Program-made: the position numbers and the translations under genes
The notes under the pieces: generated by a model
Databases searched by the model: none
What the model saw: the letters and a program-made list of their open reading frames with translations, nothing else
Told to the model about the DNA's origin: nothing
Shown: piece after piece, positions 37,290 through 50,400 of the stretch
Layout of the letters: each line of letters opens with the position of its first letter
Position numbering within the stretch: the first letter of the stretch is position 1
From: Camelus ferus
Taxonomy: Eukaryota
DNA: 64,000 nucleotides
Assembly: GCF_009834535.1 (NCBI RefSeq)
Contig: NC_045698.1
Location: 4,094,001 to 4,158,000 of the forward strand
Direction: 5' to 3'

Positions 37290-38057
37290 TGTTATCAAAC
37301 CTAACTTAGGTCCATTCACAGAAAGGCCAGTCTACTGACACCAGATCGTGGTAAAGGAAAATACAGCATTTATTTGCAGGGTGTCAAGCAAGGAGGACAG
37401 GCAGCTCATGCCCAAAAGACCAGAAGTCCCTGATGGCTTTCGGTGGGGGGAGGTTTAAAAGGCAACATTTGGGGTGAAGGTTGTAGCTTCCTGACTTTCT
37501 TCTGATAGATTGATGGTGAGGTAACCGGGTAACATTTTGGGACTCTTAATCATCAACCTTCCGGCTTCAACCAGTCTGAGGTTTACTTGTGGTCAGCATG
37601 TTGTCATCAGGGAGGCTGTGGGGGTGGGGGGGGTCTTAGTTTCTGCAGAACAACTAGAAGATATGCATTAGATTGTTATGTACAGCCCCTGAGTAGAAAC
37701 TAGGACTCTGATTTATCACTGAACTGGTGTTAAGCTGTCATTATTTTTCTTGCTTGATTGCTTTCCCTTTGTCTCTGCATTCCCTCACTTCCCTAATTAG
37801 TAACTGCTTGAGTCTGCTCTCTGGGACTCAGGGAAAGCCTAGGAGATTAAAGCCTTTTTCTACAAAAAGAAATGGTGAACACAGAGTGGTTTTGTACCCA
37901 GGAGGACCCCATGGGGTCGTGCTCAGCTTCAATCCTCCCCTTTCTTTGATACTCCTCAATCTTGAGGGGAACAGATAAGAAAGGAAATAAACTTTTGGAT
38001 AGAGAGATTAATCATAAACTCAGGAGGGGAACTCAGTTTTAGGGGGATTCCGTTTTT
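37290..38057 (-). mobile_element. ERV1-type solo LTR
   Basis: Its reverse complement aligns with the LTR at 42411-43083 (gagctgcctgt..., aataaatgctg..., agtagactggc). It ends ...gataaca on the minus strand. Candidate TSD TTAT at 37286-37289 and 38058-38061; the 5' TG is degenerate. Confidence 0.85.
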
Positions 38058-38069
38058 TTATCTGTCTAG

Positions 38070-38780
38070 AGATGATTGTGAAAACCACAAGATTACATGT
38101 GATCACTAGAAGAAGGTAGGAAAAAAGGTAAATGGGCTGCCAAGATAGGAAGGGCTTTGGGAATACACATCTCTAAGTGGGGGAAGGCAAACTTGGCCAA
38201 AGAAGGATGAGGAGAGACATGAAGACCATGGTTACCTGAGCCAAGAGGGACAGTCCAAGGAGAAGGCGGTCAACCACGTCAAAAGGGGAGGAGAAAGAAC
38301 AAGGTGGACAAGGACCAAAAGAACGTCCTTCAGTGACTCCTGGAGAGGAATTCCATCAGGCTGGTGAGCATGGGGAGGGAGCACAGGGGGTGAGTGCGAG
38401 GAAGTAAATCTGGGAGTCTAGGGTCTGACTAATACTTTTATAAATTTAACAATGAAATCAAGGACATGAATTCCTGGACATTTGTGGGAAAAAGACATCG
38501 TGGGAAAAAGACATCAAGGGAAAACCTATTTAAGAAAAGGGGGATGGGAGAAGTAGATGAAGATAAAGTACTGACTAGAGGTAAAGAGAGAGAAGGGAGG
38601 GAGCTGGAGGACTGAGAAATATCAGAGAGGGTTGGAGGGAAAAGAATGGAGGCACACCAGAATGATTGCCTTGACAGTAAGGAGAGAGAAAAGGGAGGAG
38701 TCAGATGGAGATGCTGACCGGGGTGCTGCTGAAGGTCACATGGAATTGTTCTCCCCTCTTCATGAAATAGAGAGAAGAGG
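38070..38780 (-). mobile_element. LINE-2 remnant
   Basis: Purine-rich block with L2-like ccaaggagaaggcggtcaaccacgtcaaa...acaaggaccaaaagaacgtcc...cagtgactcctggagag. Confidence 0.6.
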
Positions 38781-38819
38781 CATCCTGGGATATGGCATCG
38801 AGTAGCAGAGTGAAGTTAG

Positions 38820-39040
38820 CCACGTGGTGCATGGGAGAGGAAATAGACTCCGAGGTCAGACACACCTACCTTCAATTACTGATGCTTCTACCATCCACCA
38901 TGTAATCTTGAGCATGACTCTCTATTTGCTCATCTGGTTAATGGGGAAAGTAACTCAAATAACAAAAATACATATCCCATGAGAGCTGAGAGATAACAAA
39001 CACTAACACGTTTGCTAGAGAGTGAAAGTAAATATTGGTT
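38820..39040 (+). mobile_element. MIR SINE
   Basis: Contains gactccgaggtcagacacacc, catgtaatcttgagcatgact and ctcatctggttaatgggg. Confidence 0.65.
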
Positions 39041-40454
39041 TCTATCTCTCCACCCATCTTCATTTCTTTCCTTCTTTCCTTCTTCCTACATTCATTTGCT
39101 CCCCCTTCCTATCTTCTTCCTTCCTTCTTTTCTTCCTTCTTCCCTTGCACAGAAAGGAAGAGGTTTGCAATAACCACTGTTAGGAATCGTATAGTGACTT
39201 GGTGTTGTCCTTCATGAGTCTACCCCACATCATACCCTCCCAACGAAAGCCACATGGCTACTGAGATGTCCCACTTGCCTTTCCTTTATGTGTCCTATTT
39301 GTGTGTACACAGCCTTCCTGCCATTCAGCTTCATAAATAAAATTCCAGAAGCTACAGGGTACAAGTATGCTTGACCATAAATCGCCACCACCTTGGTGCC
39401 TTGGGGAAGAATCCCAATAAAATGTTCCAGACAAATTAAAACTTATTTCCCTTTAAAGACTTGAAGAAACGTTTGATTAATGATAATAAATGGTTCATGC
39501 TAATATCTTATAACTACATATGTCAATAAATCATTTTTATAGATCTTCTAAATCCCGTGTGCTGAAGTGGGAGTGGGTCTTTTTGAGGAGCTGTGGATAA
39601 TTACCTGGAGCATCAATTTCTATTGAGATTACTTTTGCCAATTATTTATCAAATTTGTGTCCAAGACACACATAACAAGCTAATGAGTCCTCTCTGTCTT
39701 CCCTTTTCGCAAAGATAATTGACTTAGAATCCAGCATGTAAGATATCTAAGCTCCACGTAAGTCTGCATGGAATTCTGGTACCTGCCTCAAACCCCCCAC
39801 ACGGCAGAAGAAGGCTCCCTGGGTGTGCTAAGGGTCACTGGCTCATTGGCATCATTCTACATGAGGAAAAGGTAAAATGCAAGTTTTTCAAATTTACTTA
39901 ATTTCTACCACTTGCCAAGTCCTTCAGTATTTACTAGGGTCACCCTGAAGTCCTTCTCCACATTTATTAGGCAATGAATAAAGCAAGGAAATAAATTATT
40001 CTGTAAAATGCAGCCCAGCTTGGGATGCTATCAAGTCTTATTTCTGAAGGTGAAGATTTAGGAACATGTTTCTTTAACATTGTCAATTTTCTCAAGCTAC
40101 ACTTGCAGGGAATTGAGGATACAGGCAGGACAGAATGTGACCCAGTCTGCGATGTGAGAGCCGGGCTGAACTCCCTCCAAGTCCTGGGTTTCTGCCTGGT
40201 CCCACACAGTGAGCACTTGGTGTTGGTCTACCAAAGTCTTGCATCTGTGTTTTGAAACCACTAGCCACACTTTCTATTTGTTTGCTGTACTGGGCAACAT
40301 TCTTGGAATGACCTTGGAAACAAAGTCCAAGGACAGAGTCCCCTCAACATTCTCCTAGACAAGTCCCACCGACTTGTGCCCCAGACAGCATTGTAGATGA
40401 GACTCTCCATGCTGTCTGTGAGTGACCACATTACTACCACTGAGTTTACCTATT

Positions 40455-40533
40455 TGATCAGATTCTGCATTTCTGATAAGCTCCCAGGTGATGGCTGTGC
40501 TGCTGGGCAGTGGACCACAGATTGAGTAGCAAG
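40455..40533. mobile_element. MER5A fragment
   Basis: atcagattctgcatttctgataagctcccaggtgat...ggaccacagattgagtagcaagg. Confidence 0.8.
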
Positions 40534-40714
40534 GTTCCAGATGCTCCAATCTGCCTGTATAAAGTGAAATATGCATTCACAACAAAGGCCCTTGAATAGT
40601 GTTTCTAAGGGATGCCAAATATGTTTCTATAAAATTTGACCTTCACACTGCAAATTTACCATCAAATAAGCCATCTATTTTTTCCCTTTTTTCTTTTTCT
40701 TCGATATCCTAGGA

Positions 40715-40875
40715 CAGTGGTGCTCAATGTTAGCTGCATAAAAAGAGACTTTAAAAAATACAAATGGCTTAGTTGTATCCCTAGACGAATTAAACCAGAT
40801 TATCTCGGGGTGGGGCGTAGGCTTTACCTGGGCAGAAGCCCCTTGGGTATCTTCCCCGTGAAGTTGAGGTTGTGC
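40715..40875. mobile_element. MER5-like hAT MITE
   Basis: cagtggtgctcaatgttagctgcat...tttaaaaaatacaaatg...aattaaaccagattatctcggggtgggg. Confidence 0.7.
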
Positions 40876-41536
40876 TCCGCAACTTTTAACCTCTGGCTCT
40901 GCATGGTAGGTATTGCTACTTACTACACAGTCCACATGAGCTGTTAAAGCCAAAGTAACTTCCCAGTGTTAGTTACCAAAAACACCTAGTAACTGGTAAG
41001 CCTTTCTTTAAAATTCCAAATAGGCACTCTTTCCAAAAATTCTGCTCCCACTGAGAGTTGAACAAGGGAAGTTTGCCTCCCAACACGTAGTTTCACCACT
41101 ATAGAGTTGGACAGAAAGAACTGAATTGAATTGCAACTTGTCGGCTTTTATCTTTATTTTAATCTTGTAATTCTCTACATCTTAACATTAGTTGCATATT
41201 CTCTCCTCTCCTCAGAAAAGAGGCACTTATTTTAAAAGAAGCTATGTTGGTAATAGGCTTGAGTTTATATGTCAAAGAGCTTCTCTAAATGGTCCCAGGA
41301 GAGATTTCAATAGATGACTAAGTGTATTGATCCCTGCCATCTTCGTAAGTCTAGCCAGGTTCCCATTAAAGTGAAATGCAACATAAATGAGAAAGCGATT
41401 AGAACAAAAGGATGAGTCACCAATCAGCGGCCAGGGCCTTCAATTACCAGTGCCTTGGCAAAACAAGAGCAATATTTGCTTGTTTGGTGCTAAAGGAACA
41501 AGAGTATTCTGGGAGAAGTGGAGTGCTGATGGACAG

Positions 41537-42075
41537 AGACCCCACAATTCCACTCCTAGGTACATACCCCAAAGACCTGAAAACCCCAGCAAGCACATGG
41601 ACACACATGTTTGTAACAGCACTATCCACAGTAGCCAAGAGGTAGAAACAACCCGTATGCCCAGCAGTGGATGAATGAATAAACAAATTGTGGCCTATCC
41701 ACACAATGGAGTGTTATTCAGCCTTAAAAAATAATTAAGTGCTAATACATTGTGCAACGTAGACAGACCTCAGAATCATTATGTTAACTGAAAGAAGTTA
41801 GAACCAAAAGCCATATTCTTACTGTGTTTCCATTTATGAAATATCCAGAATAGGTAAATTCACAGAGATAAAATGCAGACTGGATGGTGCCAGGGGCAGG
41901 GAGAGGAGGAGGAAGGGGGGGCACCTCCTTAATAGAGAAAAGGTCTTACTTTGGACTGGTGGGAATGCTTTGGAACTAGATAGAGGTGATAGTTGCAAAA
42001 TATCATGAATATACTAAGTGCCAGTGAGTTTTTCATTTTTAAATGATTAATTTTATTATGTGAATTATAATAGAT
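41537..42075 (+). mobile_element. L1MB-like 3' end
   Basis: Contains caattccactcctaggtacatacccc, gtagaaacaaccc, atgaaatatccagaataggtaaattcacagag and tggaactagatagaggtgatagttgca. Confidence 0.9.
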
Positions 42076-42099
42076 TATTTTAAATATGGAAAACATTTG

Positions 42100-42330
42100 T
42101 CATATCTGATGATATTAAGACTATGGAGAAAAATAAATCCTGACAGGCAGACAAGGAATGTTGGTGAAGGTGATATTTTTAAATCGGTGGTCAGAGAAAA
42201 GCATCTCTAAAAGCTGAGTTTGGGCAAACCCTAAGGGGTGAGGGGGTGAACCATATGAACATGTCTGAAAAGACCACTCCAGGCAGAAGTCCCCAAGGGA
42301 GCATCCCTGAGTGATGAACAGCAGGGCTGC
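42100..42330 (-). mobile_element. LINE-2 fragment
   Basis: ctatggagaaaaataaa...ggtggtcagagaaaagcatctct...ccactccaggcagaag is antisense L2-like. Confidence 0.55.
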
Positions 42331-42410
42331 CAGGCTGATTGGGTGGATATGCCTAGAATTTTGATTCTTAGAGACTCACAGGGACCTAGAAGGTTTTTTT
42401 CTGCTGGAAA

Positions 42411-43083
42411 TGGAAGGAAGTCCAGAATGAACCACATAGAGGAAATGAAAGCAAGCAGGACAGTGCAGGATCTTTCCAGAGACAGATCAACCCCACCTGT
42501 GTCTCCCACCTCTTGTTTGTAAAAAAAAAAAAAAAAAAAAGTTTTAGCCTCCTAGGCCTTCCCCAAGTTCCAAAGAGCAAATTTAATCAGAGAAGAGAAA
42601 AATGCAGAAACAAGAAAAGCAGTCAAGCAGGACAATATTATAATAGTTCAGCCATAAAACCAAGTCAGAGACATTTAGTTCCTCCTCAAGGGCTATAGGT
42701 AATGTCCTGATCTGTATCCTTGAGTTATGTTGCAGATACTAAAATGCCCCTCCAGGTGGAGGGAGTTAACGGCATGCTGACCACCAGCACAGACTCCAGG
42801 CCAGCTGGAGCCAGAAATTCATCATTGAGATTCCCTGAAATAGCTCTCTGTTATCTCACCACCAGCCAATCAGGGAACTGTGCAGGAGCTCATTGCGCAC
42901 CCCTCAACCCTCTTTAAATACCCTTTGTTGAAAGCCACTGAGGAGTTCAGGTCTTTTGAGCATAAGCTGCCTGTTCTCTAAGCTTGGAGCCTTGGAATAA
43001 ATGCTGCGCTTTCCTTCACCACAACCTGGTAGACTGGCTTTGCTTTGTGTCAGGCAAGTGGGCCCAAGTTTCGTTGGGTAACA
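42411..43083 (+). mobile_element. ERV1-type solo LTR, 673 bp, with 4-bp TSD GAAA
   Basis: Starts TG (42411) and ends CA (43083). GAAA is present at 42407-42410 and 43084-43087. It carries agccaatcag, a tttaaata TATA-like box and an AATAAA near 42995. Confidence 0.9.
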
Positions 43084-43484
43084 GAAATAGTGGGAAATTT
43101 TGAAATATGCCAAAATATAGGTAAAGGATTGAGTTTCAGTCTTGTTCTAAGTTGGATTCCAACACTTTACAGCTTGATTAAAATGTATTTCTTCTTTTAA
43201 TGAACTATAGAAACAGCATAATTGGGCAATAGCATTTTAATACATGTTGTTAACTTAGCAAGTTTATTGGAAATCAGTCTCTTCAGGCCAAAGGCCACAA
43301 CCTGGGCCTTATGGACACCCCTTTGGGCAGTGACCAAAGGGAACCTCTGGGCACTGAGAGTCACACAGCAGATCCTGGAGCAGTGAATAAGTCCAGCCCT
43401 AAGGGTGGTGGCACAATGTTGCATCTTAGGGATTTTGTTAGTCAGATTTCCCTAGAGGGGCCAGGAGTGGGTTTCCAAGGGAGA

Positions 43485-43610
43485 GGGGCATGGGATTTGG
43501 AGGCAGGAGACCTGAATTCAACAACAGGGCACAGCCTCCATCACCTATGTGACCTTGGACAGGCAGTCACACCCCACTGGGCCCCCGACTCCTTATCTGT
43601 AAAATAAAAC
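43485..43610 (+). mobile_element. MIR SINE
   Basis: tttggaggcaggagacctgaattc...tatgtgaccttggacagg...ccttatctgtaaaat. Confidence 0.75.
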
Positions 43611-45194
43611 CATGTAAACCACACACACAGTAACTGAATGCTGAGCATCATTTTTCTCTCACCTGCTCCTACAAGCTTCCCCTTTCCTGCTCCTTGCTCA
43701 GTGTCAGCCTCTCTCCACACTCATCCCTCTCCATGTCTCCAATTCCTGTCCCTACCCTTCTGGCTTACTTCCCTCCCCTGTTCCTTTCCGGGAGCCCCCC
43801 TTTCCCCCACAGCTCACAGCACACCTGCACAGCTGCCCCTCCTCTCCCACTGGTGCCACTCTTCCTTCCGTGAACCTCTCCTGTCATCACTCTGTGCCCC
43901 GCCTGCCAGCAGCTCTTTCAGACCCAATGCTGGGTGGAGGCAGTTCTCCCACCTTTGCTCTCCTTTGCAGACTCAGAGTGGCAGGAAGCATTAGTGCCTG
44001 AGGAGCTGGAAAGGACCTAGAGCTGACCTGATTCAATCCCAGAAGATCCATGGAGGTGATGGAATTTATTTAGGGTACGGCTTTAAAAACTGAAAATTAA
44101 TATTTTGTTTTCAAAAAAAACAAATAAAAACTGATTAATGATAACTCACACTGTTAGCTAGATTTCAGTTTTGCTTTGTTTTAATTATTTGTCACTTTGC
44201 ATGCTTCTCCCAGAGCAGAGTTTCCGAGACTGGTGAGATGATGGGCTGTCTAAGCTCTTTGCCCATTTAACTCAGATGCACAAGACACTTACTGTGGCTG
44301 ATGTCCAGCACCTGGGGCTGCCCGTGAGCGGACTCAGCCTGGGGAGGGTGGGCCAAAGCAGGAACCTGCTGGCCTGCCCAGATAGACTGTGCTGTGGCCC
44401 CAAATCCTAATCAGAGACTCACGTACTAAGGTTTCATTACACGGAGAGCACTCCAGTGAACCTCCTAGAAACTTGCCCTTCGTGACAATGTAACATCATA
44501 GAGATAAGTGCAGGAAGTTTCCCTACCCAGGAAGACAGTCACACAGCCCACACCTGCGCAGAGTGTGCTGCGATGGGGGACGGCAAGGCTGTGGGCGCCC
44601 CTGAACTGAGCAGATTGCCTGGGCAGCTGGCAGATTCACCATTGTTACAGAAAACTCTTTGGGGCATCTCTGAGCTACAATGGATTGAGGTAAGGCATCA
44701 CCCAGAGGTTTGGAAAAATAGATGTCAAATTTCAAACATTTGAAATGTACGATAGATACATTTGTTATCAAAAAAAGTAACTAAGAAATGTGCATCTCTT
44801 CCATTTTCAACCCTAGAACAGATCACCCAAGTGGCTCATGGTCATTCTTATGCCCACTGAGATGCAACAGACCATACTTCCCCCGACTCTGAAATGAGGA
44901 GTCCTTTTTGTCCCTCAAGTGAGCAGAGGCAAGATGAAAACACGAAGGGCAGCCGCCAGTTGGCTCCAGGAGGTTTGTCTGGGGGCCATCGAAGACAGCC
45001 GCTTTCAGCACCTAAGGCTGAATTTCCATTACGGGACCACGTCCGGAGTGATATATTAAGTGCTTCATTTAGTGTTTTCTCCATGCCCCAGAATGTGCTA
45101 TCAATTTTAACATAGGCCATTGAACCAAAACAAATCTCATTTTGAAAATTTTCCCATTGATGTAAAAATAAGTTATATATTATTACAAATACCA

Positions 45195-45420
45195 TCATCA
45201 CCATCATTAAATGGTTACTGGTGCCAGGTACACTGACCTCAGCATGATTTATATGTTTAATCCTCACAGAGGCTTAATAAGTTAGGGCCGATTAGTATCT
45301 CCAATGTACTGATGAGGAAGCAATTAAAGGTATTTAGAAAACCATAGATAAAGAGCAAAAACCATGATTAACAAGATTAAAAGGAATGTAGATTTGTACT
45401 CAGGTGTGATCTGCCCACGC
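45195..45420 (-). mobile_element. MIR SINE
   Basis: gtgccaggtacactg...tttaatcctcaca...tatctccaatgtactgatgaggaagc. Confidence 0.7.
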
Positions 45421-46179
45421 TGGTTCTCTTTTTCCTAATAGTGCTAAAGCCAGGGAAATGATGGCTCACCTGCTCTGTTCCCATCTCCCTGCAGACTTCT
45501 CCTACCTTGACTGCCATGAAAACTCCTCCAGTGCTTCTCCATCTCCATCCGCTATGACTAACAGATCATGCCGAGGCCCTCTCAGCACCTGCTTATCAAG
45601 GCAAGACAGCCCTCAGCTGGGGAGTCAGCTGTTGGTATCCATGAACTGAACTTTGGGGCCTCTCACCTGATTAAATATCTCCCCTCTACTATAGTCAGGC
45701 CATGGGCTTTCCCTGCAGCCCACCCATGGTCCACCTGCAGCCCATCTGAAGCCCACCTGCAGCCCTCAGTCCCCTTCCATGTCCAGCTCAGGGAGGACTT
45801 CTCTTTCTAAGAGCCGTATCTTCCTGCCCTCAGAGTCCCAGCTCTGGGCTTTCTCCCATGAAACTGTCCCTCTGTGAATAATCTTAAATCCCACTCCTAA
45901 AATACCAGTAGGTTAGGCCAAAAATAGTTTATTTCTTCGTTGATTTGTATCGTTGGCCAGGTGTTCCCTTCGTATACAAAAACTTCCTGAATCCACAGCT
46001 TACATCTCATGTTTCTTTGCTGGGCACAGAATTTGGATTTAATATGCAAAGAACTAACACTGGAGGAAATCCTTTCTAGGTCTTCTTGTAACCTTGCTGT
46101 AGCAGAAAATGTTTACAGGTTGCTGCCGAAAAGAATCTGTCTACCCTCGCCATTAAGTGCATGCTGAAATACATCTAAC

Positions 46180-47320
46180 CATCAGGCCCGTCTTCCTCTG
46201 AACCTCAGTCTCTATGTGCAGCTGCCTAGTGAACACGCAAACTTAAAATGTCCCAGAACAAATGCCTGCGTTCCCCTTGGCCCACTCGTTCAACCTAAGC
46301 TGGTCTTCCTGCAGTTTTCCCCCAGTCAGTGGCTCTAATTCCCTGGTGCATTCACAAACCCTGCAGTTGTCTTTGACTTCTCTCCCTCCTCTCCCACCCT
46401 CCTCACCCACTCCAAGCCTTTCCTTTCGAACATATCGTGTGTCTGGTACGGCCCCTCCATCACTCGCGTCCTGGTCCAGCCCACACCCATTCCCATCTGC
46501 AGTGCTGCCTCAGTCTCGCACTTGGTTCCCCCCGTTTGTCGCTGACCCCTGAGTCCATTCTTCACACGGCCACTGTGTCACCCTTTACCGTGGAGTCAAA
46601 TCCACTCACTCCCGGGGCTTCCTGCCTCCCTCCCAGGAAAAGCTACGGTCTTGTCTTGAGGACCAAATCCCTGCAGCACATGCCCCCACCTTCCCAACTT
46701 CCCCTTCATTTGCCCCCTGGCTCACTCCATCCTCAAAAGTGACCAGCACCTCCTGTCACCTTCTGTGGCACTGCCCGGAGTGCTCTTCCCACACCCAAAC
46801 CCATAGCTCATCCCTCCCCATCCTCTGGGTTTATCAGGAGCAACCCAGGACATGATCATCTCCACCTGCACTTCCTGCGCCTCCAACCCAGCCTTGCTCA
46901 GAGCACAACACACGTCCCCGCTCCAGACAGGCCACTTCGTGGGTATCTATGTGTCCCTCCACCCATGTCTCCATGTCATCTGTACACATACATGTGCATG
47001 TACTATACTACGCACACCCATGTGTTATATGTAATTTATGTCACCTACACACACATGCATGTTCACTACACTACATATGCCTGCATGTTATGTGTGTGTG
47101 TCATCTATATGCATATACGTACATTCACTCTACAATACACACCGATACATGTATGTTATATGTTATATGTCCATGTTTTTTGGTTATTGCTCTTTTCCCT
47201 CCTTTAAAATGCAAGATCTATGAAGAAACTTCTTTTTTGTTTGGTTCACTGTTGTATTTTCAGTGCTTATGATAGATTCTGAGACATGGCAGACCCTCAG
47301 TCAATGTTTGAAGAAAGAAG
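46180..47320 (+). mobile_element. LINE-2 (L2a-like) 3' portion with an internal TACA/TATG low-complexity tract at about 46950-47175
   Basis: Contains caaacttaaaatgtcccagaac, cagttgtctttgacttctctc, gagtccattcttcacacggcc and aatgcaagatctatgaag...ttcactgttgtattttcagtgc...cctcagtcaatgtttgaagaa, the L2 terminus. Confidence 0.85.
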
Positions 47321-47330
47321 GAGGGAATGA

Positions 47331-47478
47331 GAAGAAGGAAGAAAGGATAAGAGGGAAGGAGAGAATGGGAAGAAGGAAGAAAGGATAGGAGGGAAGGAGA
47401 GAATGGGAAGAAGGAAGAAAGGATAGGAGGGAAGGAGAGAATGGGAAGGAGGAAGAAAGGATAGCAGGGAAGGAGAGA
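47331..47478. repeat. 38-bp polypurine minisatellite, about 3.9 copies
   Basis: Unit gaagaaggaagaaaggataggagggaaggagagaatgg starts at 47331, 47369, 47407 and 47445. Confidence 0.95.
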
Positions 47479-50400
47479 GGAGGAAGAGAGAGAGAAGCTG
47501 ATTCTCGTTTCCAGCCTGGAGCTACCTTAGGCAGCCCCAGAGATTAGCACTAACACTGGTTATTTCTGTAACGTCAGAAAAAGATATTTTCTGCAGATAG
47601 CCAGGATAAAAAGAGACTTCAAATGGGTAGTCAGCTTTCAAAAGACTGGCAATTAGGGGAAATGTTAGGAAATAATTTGGAGGGGCTTTCAATTTGCTGA
47701 GAGAGAGTCTAGCTAGAGCAGATGGAGCTAAACGGCACAGGAGACGGGAACAGTCAGGGGACGTGCGCGCAGGCAAGCGGCCTGAAAGCCCGTGACGGGC
47801 GTGCGTAAGCGGGCGCCCGTGAGAAACAAAGAGCCCTGGTGAAAAGGGTGAAAACAGTACCTGGCGCCACGCCTGTGAGAAGCCATCGCCCGGAGCTGGG
47901 ACGGGGCTGCTTTGTTAAGCTGGGCAGCTGTAATTTCATTATTGTATAGCGCCCATCAGAGGGCTTCCAGGCAGAGGCAGGAGGCTAATTTGGGGGAGCA
48001 AGTGGGCTAGCATTCATTTCAGAACGTCTTCTCCCAGCAGCACAGGCTCCTTTGAAACGCACAGCCTTGTTCTAGCAGAACTGCTCTCCTAGATGAATTA
48101 CCCACATTTGCACGTGTGCTTTCCGGCTCCGGGTGGGGAAATAGTTGCAAGTACCACCTGGTGACCTGAAAGGCATGCACTTCTACCACAGCTTACAAAT
48201 TTTATATTTTCTTTGCTTCCAAGTTTAATTAAAGCACTTTCTCCAGGGAAGTGGCCTCGATTTACTGTAGTACATGCCTAAAACCCAGCGAGGGCATGAC
48301 TGGTGTCAAAGCTCTGTCGAGGAAGGAAAGACGCTGCAAAGTAACTGGCAAGTTCTGCTGACAGATCATCTTGCTCATGTCATGGGAGACTTTAAAAAAT
48401 TATCTCCCCACATCTCCACAAGATTGCTGGCATTGTGGTATAATCGATCCTGTGCTACGTGCCGTCCAAAGAACTGGGGAGAAACGCACCCATCTGAAAA
48501 TGACATTGAAGTCTAAACTATGCAGTTTTCCTTCAGTGAAACTAGAGCTGCTACCCTTTCAAGATGCAGTCAGTTCTGCAGGCTGCAGACAGATGTCTTC
48601 ACAGCAACGAGAACGTCCATATTTCCTAGCTTCGAACCCCTCTCCCAAGGAGAGATGGAATCTCAGCTTCTGCTGAGCCGTGAGCCCTGTCAGTTGGGAA
48701 GGTGACTGGACGTGGGCACGCCCAGCCCCTGGGACTACGTTCACCCTACACCCCACACCAGGCATTTGTGGAGGACCTGATGCTCAGCGCGCTGCACAGG
48801 CATTCCAACCAGCTGGCGGTGGAAGGGACTTGGTTTTTGTGTGTTTCTTTTAAAGAAATCAGAAAGTCAGAGGACTTTCAGGACAGACCTTGAACCACCT
48901 GGACTCTGAGAGCTCCATGTTGGGCAGGAGCCTTGTGATCTGATTAAAAAACAACTTTATTATATTGTATTTTTTTTTCAGGCACATCCGAGATCATGGC
49001 TTATTTATTGCTTCAGGTAAAAAGAGAGTATACATATTAGGCAATCTCTTAAAATTCAACTCTAGAGTTCTACACCATCTAGTAGGTTTGCACTGAATGT
49101 TAATCAAACAGAATGTAAACCTCACAGAAAGCCCAGGACCCAGCAGCTCAGTCTCCCCTCCTCACTTTGCCAGTGGCAGCATCCCCCATCTCAGACGCTC
49201 TCGGCTGACCTGCTCTGTGGCCTGCATCCCCACACTTCTGCACATCAGGGCTCCCCGCCCTCCGTGGGTCTCCTGGCTTCTTCCTCGTTCTCCTGGGTAA
49301 ACCTAGGCAGTCTGAGCTTGCTCTAGCTAAGTCCCAGGTAAGACACAATCCTCAAAACACTTAGAAGTTCTGCATCACATTTAACAAAACAAAGTAAGCA
49401 AATAAAAATAAATATACCAAAACAACCAGAATACTTGCCCTCGTAACCTTTTAGTGGGTGAGGGGATCTGCTTTCACAGATCTGATGGGACCCTATAGAC
49501 CAAAGTCAGATGGGACCCTTTCTTCACTTTCTTTACTACTGCAAGATCTTTCTGTTAGAATCACATAACGTTAAAAAAAAATCATTATTTTAATGTATTA
49601 TGTTATTTCATTTATAATCATTTATATTAATGGCATTTTAATATGTTGTGTTATTTTTAGCTCTAGATCTCAGTTATTGAGAAATTATGAAATATCTCTC
49701 TCCTTGTGCAAAGTCCTTCATACATTCCACTCTTCTCCCCCTGTTTTCTCTCCACCTGGGCAATCCCTGCACACACCCTGGTCCCATGAACCTGTGTTCT
49801 CAATAAATGAGCCAGCTGAGACTGGCTGCTTACACTGAGCCTCTCCAGGACAGTGGGCGTGACTTTGAAGAGAACTATGGCCATGACAGCACCACGGCAG
49901 AGCAACGGGGACTCAGCACAAGACTTAGTGGAGAGGAGAAAGCCAACTCAGACAAACCCAGGAGTTAACAGAGGGAAGCTCAACACAAACCTTCTGCCAA
50001 GAAAGGACGATCGTTTGGAGGGCAGAGGGGGCACTGGAAAGGCCACGGGGAATCCATCCAGAAAAGGTGTCCCAAGCTGAGAATCCCAGGGGCTGAGACC
50101 TTCATGGGGTTGGGGGGGCTACCATTCACCACCTCCAAAATGAGACGCAGGTGGGCCAGCACAGCACGAACAGTCTGGACGAGCTCACGGCTCCACTAGG
50201 ACAGTCACGGCGGGGAGGGCAGCTGGAAGAGTCCTGCAGAGCGTGCTCGGGCCAGGGCTGCCCCAGGAGTAATTTCTCATAATCCATCACATCAGGAGAA
50301 CCAGCAGCTTCGTCTCTGAAATCCTTAGAAGCAATGGCTGTGCAGAAAGAGCCCTCATGCATGTCTCCCAGGTCAGACTCAGCATTTTTAAATACCAAAT

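Noticed and set aside
38484..38515. Perfect 16-bp tandem duplication gtgggaaaaagacatc
   Set aside because: This is ordinary slippage inside a decayed L2 with no functional cue.
37290..43083. Provirus bounded by two LTRs
   Set aside because: The LTRs are inverted and diverged with different TSDs, and there is no PBS, gag, pol or env between them.
48982..49016. 35-nt exon-like segment (ttttcag...cag|gtaaaa)
   Set aside because: The donor is weak, the length is not frame-preserving and there are no supporting neighbours. Such matches are expected by chance in 64 kb.
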